Shown here: piece after piece, positions 10,834 to 20,197 of the stretch
Position numbering within the stretch: the first letter of the stretch is position 1
How the letters are laid out: every line of letters starts with the position of its first letter
Source of the DNA: an uncultured Actinomycetes bacterium
GTDB taxonomy: Bacteria; Actinomycetota; Thermoleophilia; UBA2241
Direction of reading: 5' to 3'
NCBI GenBank assembly: GCA_963767005.1
Contig: CAVYCN010000002.1
Coordinates: forward strand, 288,001-352,000
Length of the DNA stretch: 64,000 nt
Notes under the pieces: generated by a model
Database searches by the model: none
What the model saw: the letters and a program-made list of their open reading frames with translations, nothing else
What the model was told of the DNA's origin: nothing
Program-made: the position numbers and the translations under genes

Positions 10834-12468
10834 TCACTCGGGCGGCACCTCGAGGAACGCGTACGAGATGTCGACGCCCCTGCCGCGCTGGTAGTAACGG
10901 GTGATCCAGAAGACGACGAGGCAGGCGACGAACACGCCCGCGACGATGACGTAGCCGACGGTGTTCTTGAGACCGTAGGCGGGCTTGATCAGGAACAGCG
11001 CGGAAGCGATGACGCCGAGAACGAAGCCGATCAGTCCGAGCACGGTGACCCACGGGATACCGAAGATCTTGTACTGGGCGCCGGGCGCCGCGTCGAAGAG
11101 CGCCTTCGCGCGATACGGGAGCAGGGCGGCCGCGAGTGCGCTGACCACGAAGACGTAGCCTGCGGCGAACGTGACGCCCAGCGTCAGCTTCGCCCAGGAG
11201 CTGATCATGGTGTAGCCGAACAGCCAGACGACCCCGCAGATGAAGTAGATGAGGTGGGCGTTCAGCGGGGAGCGGAAGCGGGGGCTGATCCGCGAGAGCC
11301 AGGCCGGCAGCGTGCGGTCCAGCGACATGCCGACCATGATACGGGTCACCCCGATGTAGCAGTTGCAGGTGATCTGCAGCGAGGCGAGCATGAAGCAGAC
11401 GCCGGTGACGATCACGAGGATCGGGTTCGGCGAGATCACGGTCGCGTACGTGCCCGGGAAGGGGAAGACGCTGCCGATGCCGTTGCCCGACTTGCTCACC
11501 CCGCCGAACCACGAAGCCGACACCGCGTGGAAGAAGCCGGTGCCGACGGCCTTCTGCTCGGCGGCCGCGATGAGCGCGAGGACGCAGCCCAGCGCGATCA
11601 GGGAGCCCACGATGATGAAGATCTGGTTCTTGAACACGCGTGCGCCCTTGATCTCACCACCCTGCTCGACGCTGTAGGTCGCCCACTGCGTGCTGGTCCA
11701 GGCGATCGGGGCGGCCAGGAGGGTCGCTCCCAGGGCGAACTTCGCATGCAGGTTGAAGCCGGCGGCTGAGACGTCGTGCTGGATCCAGTTGTAGTAGTTC
11801 GGGTTCTTGTCGACGAAGGCCGAGTAGTGGTTCATCGCGACCGCGAAGCTCGACGGCGACGTACGCAGGAACTGGATGAGCACGATCGCGATGAGGATCC
11901 CGGTGCCGGCGAACATGAAGTACTGCAGGCGGACGTAGTTCTTGAAGCCGGTCACCAGCAGCATGGCCATGGCCGCCATTCCGATGATCGAGACGACGAT
12001 GAGCCCCTCCTTCGACTGCGCCCAGACGGCGGCGCTGACGAGGTGCTGGTTCTGGTAGTGGACGCCCAGGCCCATCAGCATGGGCGAGAGGCCGAGCGTG
12101 CAGAACAGCCAGCCGGCCAGCGACAGCCACTGCAGGATCCAGATGACGAAGCCGCTCATCACGATCGGAAAGCCGACCGCGCCTCCGAGGATACGGCTCT
12201 GGAAGACGTAGTCACCGCCGGAGCGCGGCATCGCCGTGGCCATCCAGCAGTAAGCCAGCGCGATCGGCAGCTCGAGCAGCGTGGCAAACAGGCACGCCAG
12301 CCACACCGAGACGCCGGGGAACGCATACGGCGCCTCGGCGATGATCCAGGGGAAGATGACCCCCATGGTCAGGAAGTTGTACATGAACGCAGACCAGGGC
12401 GACATGACCCTGGACAGCCCCGAAGCCTTGCGACTGAAGACTTCGGGTTTGGCGACGGTTGCTTCCAT
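10834..12468 (-). CDS. APC-superfamily amino acid/amine permease, copy 2
   Basis: FSRKASGL, AMPRSGGDYVFQSR, GEIKG, many TM segments; C-terminus EVPPE. Confidence 0.9.
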   Translation of the reverse strand: MEATVAKPEVFSRKASGLSRVMSPWSAFMYNFLTMGVIFPWIIAEAPYAFPGVSVWLACLFATLLELPIALAYCWMATAMPRSGGDYVFQSRILGGAVGFPIVMSGFVIWILQWLSLAGWLFCTLGLSPMLMGLGVHYQNQHLVSAAVWAQSKEGLIVVSIIGMAAMAMLLVTGFKNYVRLQYFMFAGTGILIAIVLIQFLRTSPSSFAVAMNHYSAFVDKNPNYYNWIQHDVSAAGFNLHAKFALGATLLAAPIAWTSTQWATYSVEQGGEIKGARVFKNQIFIIVGSLIALGCVLALIAAAEQKAVGTGFFHAVSASWFGGVSKSGNGIGSVFPFPGTYATVISPNPILVIVTGVCFMLASLQITCNCYIGVTRIMVGMSLDRTLPAWLSRISPRFRSPLNAHLIYFICGVVWLFGYTMISSWAKLTLGVTFAAGYVFVVSALAAALLPYRAKALFDAAPGAQYKIFGIPWVTVLGLIGFVLGVIASALFLIKPAYGLKNTVGYVIVAGVFVACLVVFWITRYYQRGRGVDISYAFLEVPPE

Positions 12469-12532
12469 GGTTACCCCCAGATCAGTTTGCGGACCGAAAC
12501 GCCGGCCGGTTCACGGCCGTGAGTGAGCAGAC

Positions 12533-13531
12533 TCAGCCTGACGTCATCTGATAGCCCACCACCTTGCCGGGCTCGAGCGTGATGATGCAGCCCCGGATGA
12601 TGCCCTCGCCGTACTCGCTGCCGGGGTTGATGACGGTCGTGCGACCGAGGTTCACAAGGCCGCGCGACTCGTGGATGTGTCCCGTAAGGGCGAGCAGGGG
12701 CGCGTGCTTCTCGATGATCTTGCGCACCGCCGTGCTGCCGGCCGGCGCCGACTGCGGCACGCCGGCGATGACGATGGGCGAGGGCGGGTCGGTCGACCAG
12801 TCGAGCTTGGGGCAGTCGTCGAGCGTGCAGTCGTAGGGCGGCACGTGCATGTTGAAGATGGCGCTCGTGAAGTCGTCGATGCCGTCGACCGCCTGCTCGA
12901 GCAGCGTGTAGAGGGACTCCTCATCGGTCTCGCGCGGCGTCGCCCAGGGCGTCGGGTTGCTGTGGCCGCAGTTGGCCATGGGGTAGAAGTCGTCGAACAG
13001 CACGACCCGGCCCTCGCAGTTGACTACATGCTCGCTCTGCACCTCGTCGAAGACGGTGAGCACGTCGGGCGGGTCGTCGTTGCCGCCGGTCACGTACCAC
13101 TTGATCGGCGTGTCGGCGAGGCGCTCGTCGGCCAGCGCGATCCAGCGCTCGATGCGCTCGCGCGCCAGGCGATGGAACGTGCCGTCGACCTGTGACTGGT
13201 CCGCCTGCATGGCGTGGAGCTCGTCCTCGGCCATCGTCACGTGGTAGAAGCCGAGCGTCTCGATGCGCTCCTTGATGGCGGCCAGGGCGTCGTCGCCCTC
13301 GATGTGCTCGGTCGTGCCCTGGAGCGTCACGCGGTAGTGGCTGTCGTGCTCATGGACGATGGGCACGAGGAACTTGCCCATGATGTCGCCGCCCATGATG
13401 ATGTGGTCGACCTTGTAGAACTTGGCGCAGTTCACGAACTTGCGGAACGTGCGCTCCGAGCCGTGCACGTCGGTCGCATAGAACAGGCGCACGCGTTTGG
13501 CCCCGCCGTCCTTCTTCTTGAACAGTCCCAT
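12533..13531 (-). CDS. Calcineurin-like (Icc-related) metallophosphoesterase, copy 2
   Basis: ATDVHGS, GGD, GNDD, HVPP, GHIHE, NPGSEY; clear paralogue of 4604-5551. Confidence 0.88.
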   Translation of the reverse strand: MGLFKKKDGGAKRVRLFYATDVHGSERTFRKFVNCAKFYKVDHIIMGGDIMGKFLVPIVHEHDSHYRVTLQGTTEHIEGDDALAAIKERIETLGFYHVTMAEDELHAMQADQSQVDGTFHRLARERIERWIALADERLADTPIKWYVTGGNDDPPDVLTVFDEVQSEHVVNCEGRVVLFDDFYPMANCGHSNPTPWATPRETDEESLYTLLEQAVDGIDDFTSAIFNMHVPPYDCTLDDCPKLDWSTDPPSPIVIAGVPQSAPAGSTAVRKIIEKHAPLLALTGHIHESRGLVNLGRTTVINPGSEYGEGIIRGCIITLEPGKVVGYQMTSG

Positions 13532-13547
13532 GGCGTGACCCGTCCTC

Positions 13548-14360
13548 TCAGTCGATCTCGTTGTACCACTTGACCTTGTCGCCGACCTTGGAGCGCAGGC
13601 GCCAGCGGGTGCCCTTGGGCTCGTCGTCCATCGCCTTGAGCAGCTCGCCGACGCGCTGCGCCACGACGGCGCGGTCTTCGTCGGACAGGTCGACGTGCGG
13701 CAGGTAGTCGCGTACCTTGCCGAGGTTCATCGAGCTCGTGCGCCACAGGCCCCACTCGCCGGCGCACAGGGTGGCGATCCGGGCCGCGTTTATGTGATCG
13801 GCGTCGTCGCGCGCGATCTCGTGCTCGCGCAGCAGCATGATGGTGTCGATGATGTCCTTCTCGTTGATCTTGACGATCTGCATCTTCTCCAGGACGAGCT
13901 CGGCCAGCGGGATGGTGGGGCTGTCGACGGCGAGCCGGTCCTTCCAGGGGATGGGGTGGCAGAAGTCGAGCCGGTCCATGAAGACGTCGACGTGGATGTG
14001 CTTGACCGGGTGGTTGAAGATCAGGCGCCCGGCCTCGGCGTGGAAGCTGTTGATCTCGACGTCCTCGTCGTAGCCGAGCGCGATGAAGAGGTCGCGGATC
14101 GGCTTTGACTGCTTGCCGTAGCCGGCGAAGTCGATGTCGGTGTACACGCGGTTGAGTTTGGCCTGGATCCAGCCGAACTGCGGGCAGTGATGGTGGAAGG
14201 CAAGGGCGCCGATCACGCGCAGCGCCACGCCGGCCTGCTGACCCGCCTGGACGACCCGCAGGGCCTCGTCCTCGAACACCCGCGCGAGGTCGGCGTCGGG
14301 CTGGCCGACGCCGACCTGCGCGCCGATCTCGCCGGCGGGGTGGGTGTCCTGATCGCTCAT
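13548..14360 (-). CDS. Uncharacterised protein with Pol-beta-type nucleotidyltransferase motifs, copy 2
   Basis: RVIGALA...TDIDF, HVDVFMD, KMQIVKINEKDIID; ATG after GGAGAG. Confidence 0.7.
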   Translation of the reverse strand: MSDQDTHPAGEIGAQVGVGQPDADLARVFEDEALRVVQAGQQAGVALRVIGALAFHHHCPQFGWIQAKLNRVYTDIDFAGYGKQSKPIRDLFIALGYDEDVEINSFHAEAGRLIFNHPVKHIHVDVFMDRLDFCHPIPWKDRLAVDSPTIPLAELVLEKMQIVKINEKDIIDTIMLLREHEIARDDADHINAARIATLCAGEWGLWRTSSMNLGKVRDYLPHVDLSDEDRAVVAQRVGELLKAMDDEPKGTRWRLRSKVGDKVKWYNEID

Positions 14361-14418
14361 GCGATGCTCTCCAGTCGTGTCGGGTTGCCGTGTGTGAGGG
14401 TGGGCTCGGCGGTCATCG

Positions 14419-15201
14419 CTAGACCACCTCGCAGCGCGGTCCGGCACGCTCGACGCGCTTGCAGACGTCGGCCGCGAGGCCGCCGTCGGTGACGACCACA
14501 TCGACCTGGTCGAGCGGGCAGATGACGACCGGGCCGACGCGCTCGAACTTGGTGTGGTCGGCGAGGACCACTACCTCGCCGCGCGTGCGGCGCACCATGG
14601 CGAGCTCGAGCCCGGCGGCGGCGATGCTCACGGTCGTGAGGCCGGCGCGCACGTCGATGCAGTCGGCGCCCAGGAAGGCCTTGTCGGCGTTGAAGTGCTG
14701 GATCATGTCGAGCGGCCAGGAGCCCTCGACCGACTCGAGCTGCGGCCGGTAGAGGCCGCCCAGAAAGACGAGCTCGACGCGCAGGCCGCGGGCCTCGGAG
14801 ACGGCCGCGAGGTTCGGCGTGACGACCCTGGCCTCGAGGCGCGGGTCGATGTGGCGCATGATCTGCGCGACCGTGCTGCCGGAGCCGAAGAAGACGGTGT
14901 CGCGCGGTTCGATCATGGCGGCCGCCGCGCGGGCGATGCCGTCCTTCTCGGCCGCCTGGGGATCGGGGCCGCCGTCGAAGCCGGCTTCGACGGCCGGCCG
15001 GCGGCGCACGGCGCCACCGTGGGTGCGGGCGAGCACGCCCTCCTGCTCGAGCAGCATGAGGTCGCGCCGGATGGTGATCTCGGAGACGCCGAGGTCTTCG
15101 GACAGGGTGGTGACGCGCACGGCCGGCCGACCCCGCAGCGCGGCCACGATGCGCGCCCGCCGTTCCGCGGGCAGCATCTCGCGTACGTCGGACGCGGACA
15201 C
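14419..15201 (-). CDS. DeoR/GlpR-family transcriptional regulator 1
   Basis: LGVSEITIRRDL...RTHGGA HTH; EK..IA..AA; GST; LADHTKF. Confidence 0.92.
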   Translation of the reverse strand: MSASDVREMLPAERRARIVAALRGRPAVRVTTLSEDLGVSEITIRRDLMLLEQEGVLARTHGGAVRRRPAVEAGFDGGPDPQAAEKDGIARAAAAMIEPRDTVFFGSGSTVAQIMRHIDPRLEARVVTPNLAAVSEARGLRVELVFLGGLYRPQLESVEGSWPLDMIQHFNADKAFLGADCIDVRAGLTTVSIAAAGLELAMVRRTRGEVVVLADHTKFERVGPVVICPLDQVDVVVTDGGLAADVCKRVERAGPRCEVV

Positions 15202-15226
15202 CTGACCCCCTTCCCCTCGGCTTCAA

Positions 15227-15291
15227 CGATCATGATCGGACATGACCGTTCAAAGGTGATCAGATTCTAGGATCGGTTTCGGCGATGTCAA
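15227..15291 (-). promoter_or_regulatory. Sigma70-type promoter for the DeoR1 operon with downstream palindrome
   Basis: Minus strand TTGACA (15291-15286)-N16-TAGAAT (15269-15264); perfect palindrome CGATCATGATCG 15227-15238. Confidence 0.7.
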
Positions 15292-15353
15292 GGGATCGTG
15301 TGCAACCCGCAGGGGAAGGTGCCAGTGGCGCAGCCGCGACGCCTGAGAGGCGC

Positions 15354-15917
15354 TTAGTGCCTGCGGCCTCCACGACGCTGCCGCGCTCGGGGGCGGCGGG
15401 TGGGTCGCGGGGAGGCGGGATGTTCACGATCCTCGGGTGCGCTCGGTGCGGCCGCGTGCGCCCTGGTCAGACGGGCGTCCCGGATCATGATGAAGGCGAA
15501 GGCGAGAGACGCAAAGACGAAGCGGGTGACCGACGGGCCTGCGCCCCTTCCCAAGGTCAGGAGCCCCGTGACCATGCCGGTCAGGCCGGTCGCCCACATT
15601 ACGAGTTGCACGTTGGCGGTTTGATGGCGAGGCACGATCCGGAGGTACGACGCGTTCAGAGCCATGACCAGCATGAGGAGCACGCTGATCGTGGTGAGAC
15701 CGAGCATCACGTACATCGGGCCCGCCTTGACCGAGGGGTCAGGCCTTTCGACGAAGCCGATGAGCGACGCCAGCATCATGAGGGCGACCACTCCGACCAC
15801 GCACACCAGCAAGAACAGGCTGCCTCGGCGGATCGAACGGCCCCCGCCGACGGGCCGCGGCGCCCAATTGGCGCCGCGGCCGTCGCGTGGCCCTTTGGCT
15901 GACCCCCTACGATTCAC
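15354..15917 (-). CDS. Hypothetical membrane protein (about 4 TM, basic termini); start uncertain
   Basis: Four hydrophobic stretches in the 3' part of the 15354-16271 ORF; its 5' part overlaps the kinase gene out of frame. Confidence 0.55.
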   Translation of the reverse strand: MNRRGSAKGPRDGRGANWAPRPVGGGRSIRRGSLFLLVCVVGVVALMMLASLIGFVERPDPSVKAGPMYVMLGLTTISVLLMLVMALNASYLRIVPRHQTANVQLVMWATGLTGMVTGLLTLGRGAGPSVTRFVFASLAFAFIMIRDARLTRAHAAAPSAPEDREHPASPRPTRRPRARQRRGGRRH

Positions 15918-15952
15918 CCGGGCCCCGTCGCGGCTCTCACTCGGCGAGTCGA

Positions 15953-16879
15953 TCAGCAGCCGCCGAGCCAGGTGGGGTAGTCGGGGTCGGCTACGCCGCG
16001 CTCGGCGCGACCTACGCGCTCCATGCCCCACTCCATGTAGTCGAAGTCGATCTGCGAGACAGTGTGTTGGATCATCGCCCAGACGGCCCACCAGATCGCC
16101 GAGACGATCTTGTAGAGCATCATGCGACCGAAGTAGCGCTCGTCGAAGCTGCCGCAGTAGGCGTCGATGACGAGGCGCTCTTCCTCGCGTGAGTAGGGAT
16201 GCTCCATTACGTGGTCGCCAAGGTCGAAGTACGGATCGGTCATGCCACCGTACTCCCAGTCGATGATCCACATCTTGCCGTCGGCGTCGATGATGAAGTT
16301 CTCGGACAGCAGGTCGTTGTGGCAGGCCACGTCGGGCACAGGTCGCGCGGCCGTGGCCTTCTCGATGTCGTCCATCACCTCGAGCATCTCCGCGAGGCGG
16401 TCTGGCATGGGGGCGTTGATGTCCTTTGCCACCTTGGTGTAACGGCGCAGCATGTCGAAGATCTCGATCTTATTGCCGAAAGTGGCCTGCTGATGGAAGA
16501 CCTTCACCGTCTCGACCGCCTGGCGGATGTTCTCGGGGTGCCCGGCCATGGTGTCGGGGTGCATGACCTCGCCGTCGACGAAGTCGATGGCCATCGCCTT
16601 CTCAGGCTCGATGACGTGGGCGACCGGCGGCGCCACGCCGACTCGGGCCGCCTCGATCATGCATTCGCGCTCGACGTCGCGGTCGATGAACATGTCGGTG
16701 CCGGCGCCGGGCACCCGCAGCACGTACTTGCCGCCGCCGGGATTGCCCCAGCCGCCGTTCACCCAGACGATGTAGTTGTGGTTGGTGATGCCGCCGCCGA
16801 GCTCCTCCCAGCGCACGTCCTTGCCTCTCCAGTCGGCGATGCGCGCGATGGCCTCGTCCGGCGTCAGCCCGTGTCCCAT
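15953..16879 (-). CDS. Choline/ethanolamine kinase family protein, copy 2
   Basis: LGGGITNHN, VLRVPG, CHNDLLSENF, IDWEYGGMTDPYFDLG; paralogue of 9733-10659. Confidence 0.88.
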   Translation of the reverse strand: MGHGLTPDEAIARIADWRGKDVRWEELGGGITNHNYIVWVNGGWGNPGGGKYVLRVPGAGTDMFIDRDVERECMIEAARVGVAPPVAHVIEPEKAMAIDFVDGEVMHPDTMAGHPENIRQAVETVKVFHQQATFGNKIEIFDMLRRYTKVAKDINAPMPDRLAEMLEVMDDIEKATAARPVPDVACHNDLLSENFIIDADGKMWIIDWEYGGMTDPYFDLGDHVMEHPYSREEERLVIDAYCGSFDERYFGRMMLYKIVSAIWWAVWAMIQHTVSQIDFDYMEWGMERVGRAERGVADPDYPTWLGGC

Positions 16880-16915
16880 GGTCTCTCCCTTGTGCTCGAA
16901 CGGTCACGCATGAGA

Positions 16916-16957
16916 TACGGGCGGGGTGCGGCTCGTTCGAGCCCCACCCCGCCCGTA
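16916..16957. repeat. Intergenic stem-loop between permease and kinase genes
   Basis: TACGGGCGGGGTG-c-GGCTCG-tt-CGAGCC-c-CACCCCGCCCGTA. Confidence 0.7.
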
Positions 16958-16989
16958 CCGTGGTTACGATGACATCGAGTGCGCGACGG

Positions 16990-18636
16990 CTAGTCCTGCA
17001 GCTCCAGTTCGCGCTCGATGGCCGCGAGCTCCTCGGCCGAGCCCTGGACCTTCGGGCCCTTGAACCACTTCCGGGCCGAGACTGCCCAGTAGATGCCGGC
17101 GAAGCCGATGACCGCGCCCACCGCGATGGGCGTGTAGTTGAACGTCTTGGCCGTGACCGGCGCATAGGTCGGCAGCAGGAAGATGATGCAGATGAACACC
17201 ACCCACACGATGGAGATCCAGCCGATGATCGCACCGAAGGTCTTGCCCAGGACCCAGGGCCCGGGTTTGAAGGCCTTGCCGTTGATGCGGCGCAGGAACA
17301 CCGGCGTGAGGTAGGCGATGTAGAGCCCGATGACGGCGATCGACGTGACGGCGCCGTAGGCGACCGTGTTCCAGAGGTAGGGCAGCGCCAGCAAGAAGGC
17401 GCCGACGGCGCCGAACCAAGCGGTGCGCACCGGTACGCGGCGCCTCGGGTTGACGTGGTGCCAGAAGTTCGAGCCGGGGACCGCGCCGTCACGTGAGAAG
17501 GCGTAGATCATGCGCGAGTTCGCGGTGACCGACGACATGCCGCAGTAGAACTGGGCGCCGATCACGACCAGGATAAGCAGCTCGGCGACGATGCGACCGG
17601 CACTGTACTCGAAGATCGTGGCCCATGGCACGACGGCAAGGGCCACATCCGAGTAGCTCTTGTAGACGGTGCCCTCGATAGTGATCGGGAAGTGAGTGGG
17701 AATGGCGATGCTCACCGCGAACAGCAGGATGAAGCCCGCGATCAGAGAGACCCAGATCGAGTCGACGATCCCCCTGGGGCCAGCGATGTCGGCGCGCACC
17801 GTCTCTTCGGTCACGTGGGCCGAGGCGTCGTAGCCGGTGAACGTGTACTGCGCGTTCAGCAGGCCGACCAGAACGATATAGAAGGGGATCGAGAAGCCTG
17901 AAAGGCCGGTGAAGGCGTGCCAGCCCGAACTGCCGAAGAGGAAGCCCACAGTCTGGTGCGTGTGCGACTTCGGGGCCACCAACAGAATCACGAGGATCAC
18001 CGCGACACCCAGGATGTGCCACCACACCGAGACGTCGTTCAGGAGCGCCACCAGGCGGATGCTGAACGTGTTGAGCAGACCCTGCGCAAAGAGGATGACG
18101 GCAAGAATGGCGATCGTGTGGCCGGGCGAGAGCCAGTAGCTCTGGTTGGTGTAGAGGGCGAGGAACGCCGACACGGAGAAGGCGCAGCCGAAGCTGATGC
18201 CCGCCGTGACGGCGACCTGGCCGAGCAGGTTGAACCAGCCGGTGAACCACGACCAGACCGGGGCGCTGTTGCCGGGCGCGAGCTTGGCCGCCCAGTAGTA
18301 CAGGCCGCCCGCCGTAGGGAACGACGAACAGATCTCGGCCATGGACATGCCGACGAAGATCACGATCACGCCGACGCCGAGCCAGCCCCAGAGCATGACG
18401 GGCGGGCCGCCGTGCTGCAGGCCGAAGTAATAGAGGGTGAGGCAGCCCGAGAGGATCGAGATGATGGTGAACGAGATGGCGAAGTTCGAGAAACGGCTCA
18501 TCCGCCGGTCGAGCTCCTGGGCGTAGCCCATCTGGTGGAGCCGCTCCTCGTCGGTCATCTCGCGAGGCGGCCCGGCGGACGTCAGGCCGGTCCCTCCCTG
18601 AGCGTCGGCCGAAGGAGTGTGGACGTCGTCAGCCAT
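16990..18636 (-). CDS. APC permease of amino acid/choline (ACT; Hnm1/Uga4/BAT1-like) type
   Basis: LHQMGYAQEL, FSNFAISF, EICSSFPTAGGLYYWA, GYDASAHVTEET, SRMIYAFSRDGA, FNYTP, WFKGP. Confidence 0.9.
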   Translation of the reverse strand: MADDVHTPSADAQGGTGLTSAGPPREMTDEERLHQMGYAQELDRRMSRFSNFAISFTIISILSGCLTLYYFGLQHGGPPVMLWGWLGVGVIVIFVGMSMAEICSSFPTAGGLYYWAAKLAPGNSAPVWSWFTGWFNLLGQVAVTAGISFGCAFSVSAFLALYTNQSYWLSPGHTIAILAVILFAQGLLNTFSIRLVALLNDVSVWWHILGVAVILVILLVAPKSHTHQTVGFLFGSSGWHAFTGLSGFSIPFYIVLVGLLNAQYTFTGYDASAHVTEETVRADIAGPRGIVDSIWVSLIAGFILLFAVSIAIPTHFPITIEGTVYKSYSDVALAVVPWATIFEYSAGRIVAELLILVVIGAQFYCGMSSVTANSRMIYAFSRDGAVPGSNFWHHVNPRRRVPVRTAWFGAVGAFLLALPYLWNTVAYGAVTSIAVIGLYIAYLTPVFLRRINGKAFKPGPWVLGKTFGAIIGWISIVWVVFICIIFLLPTYAPVTAKTFNYTPIAVGAVIGFAGIYWAVSARKWFKGPKVQGSAEELAAIERELELQD

Positions 18637-18891
18637 GGCTGCCCCCGTAGTCCAGTGTGGCAAACAGTGTCGCCGTCTATCTAGACCGCTCACCGGTCTT
18701 CCTGTCAACCACTTTTCATGACGCACTATTTATGCACCGGCACGCACAGAAGCCTTGAGAATTGCCGTTTAAGGAAATCGCGACCCCCGAAACTGCCCCC
18801 GGAGTCGTATGCCGACCGGCGCCGCGTCGCCGTCGGGCGGACCCGCGTCGACCGTGCCGCGCAACGGCGCGGCGGCCGCTCCGCTCACGCA

Positions 18892-20145
18892 TCAGACCGG
18901 CTCGACCATGATCGCGCGGAAGTCGTTGACGTTGGTGCGTGTCGGGCCGGTGACGAGCAGGTCGCCGAGGCTCGCGAAGAGCGTGCCGGTGTCGTTGTCG
19001 CGCAGTGCCGCGCCCACGTCGAGACCTGCCGCGGCGGCCCGCGCGAGCGTGTCGGGGCCGACGAAGGCGCCGGCGTGGCCGCCCCGGCCGTCGATGCCGT
19101 CGGTGTCGGCGGCGAGGGCGCTCACGCCGGCGCGCCCCTCGAGGCCGAGGGCGAGCCCCGCGAGGTACTCGGTGTTGCGTCCGCCGGTCCCCCGTGCGTG
19201 CACCGTCACCGTGGTCTCGCCGCCCGACAGCAGCACGGCGGGCTCGCCGGGTGGGCTCCAGTCGAGCAGGTCGATGGCGTGCTGAGCGTGGCGCAGGCCG
19301 ACCTCGCGGGCCTCGCCCTCGATGCTGTCGCCCAGCAGGACCGGCCGCAGGCCGCAGCCGCGGGCGGCCTCGGCGGCGGCCGCGAGCGCGACCGCCGCCG
19401 AGGCCACGATCACGTGCGACGCGCGGGCGAGGCGCCCGTCGCCCGGCTTGGGCGTCTCGCCGGGCGCGCCGGGGCCGTCGGCGGCCCCGGCGCGCAGGTG
19501 CGCGACCACGCGTGCCGGGGCCGCCACGTGGTATCGCTCGAGCACGTCGAGCGCCTCGGCGTAGGTCGACGGGTCGGCCACGGTCGGGCCCGAGCCGATC
19601 GCCGCGGGGTCGTCGCCCGGGATGTCGGACACAAGCAGGGTGACGACCCGCGCGGGCCAGGCGGCCGCCGCCAGGCGGCCGCCCTTGACCGCCGACACGT
19701 GCTTGCGCACGCGGTTGATCTCGACGATCGGCGCGCCGCTGCGCAGCAGCGCGGCGCCGAGCGCACGTTCGTCGGCCGGGCTGATGCCCTCGGCGGGTAG
19801 CGCCAGCAGCGACGAGGCGCCGCCCGAGACGAGGGCGAGGACGAGGTCGTCGGTCGTGAGGCCGCCGACGAGCGCCAGCAGGCGCCGCGCCGCTTCGGCG
19901 CCGGCCTCGTCGGGAACCGGGTGTGCCGCTTCGAGACAGGTAAGGCGCTCGCAGGGCACAGCGTGGCCGTACGGGGTGACCACGAGGCCCTCGAGCGGCG
20001 CCGGCCAGCGCCGCTCGAGGGCGCGCGCCATGGCGCCGGCCGCCTTGCCGGCGCCGACCACCACGGTGCGACCGGCGGGCGGCCGCGGCAGGGCGGGCGG
20101 CACGACGCGGTCGGCGGCGACCGCGTCGACGGCCGCGTCGAACAA
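18892..20145 (-). CDS. Glycerate 2-kinase (DUF4147/MOFRL, TtuD-type)
   Basis: GAGKAA, AAHPVPD, SGGASSL, VKGGRLA, IGSGPT, GGETTV, GGRN, TDGIDG, TNVND. Confidence 0.92.
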   Translation of the reverse strand: MFDAAVDAVAADRVVPPALPRPPAGRTVVVGAGKAAGAMARALERRWPAPLEGLVVTPYGHAVPCERLTCLEAAHPVPDEAGAEAARRLLALVGGLTTDDLVLALVSGGASSLLALPAEGISPADERALGAALLRSGAPIVEINRVRKHVSAVKGGRLAAAAWPARVVTLLVSDIPGDDPAAIGSGPTVADPSTYAEALDVLERYHVAAPARVVAHLRAGAADGPGAPGETPKPGDGRLARASHVIVASAAVALAAAAEAARGCGLRPVLLGDSIEGEAREVGLRHAQHAIDLLDWSPPGEPAVLLSGGETTVTVHARGTGGRNTEYLAGLALGLEGRAGVSALAADTDGIDGRGGHAGAFVGPDTLARAAAAGLDVGAALRDNDTGTLFASLGDLLVTGPTRTNVNDFRAIMVEPV

Positions 20146-20197
20146 CGTCCGTAGGCGGGCGCGCGGCGCGGTCTCGACCAGGCGCGGAGGACCGGCG

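Noticed and set aside
8470-11769. 1099-aa ORF on the + strand
   Set aside because: Off-frame or antisense to mtbB, kinase and permease; no motifs; typical high-GC shadow ORF
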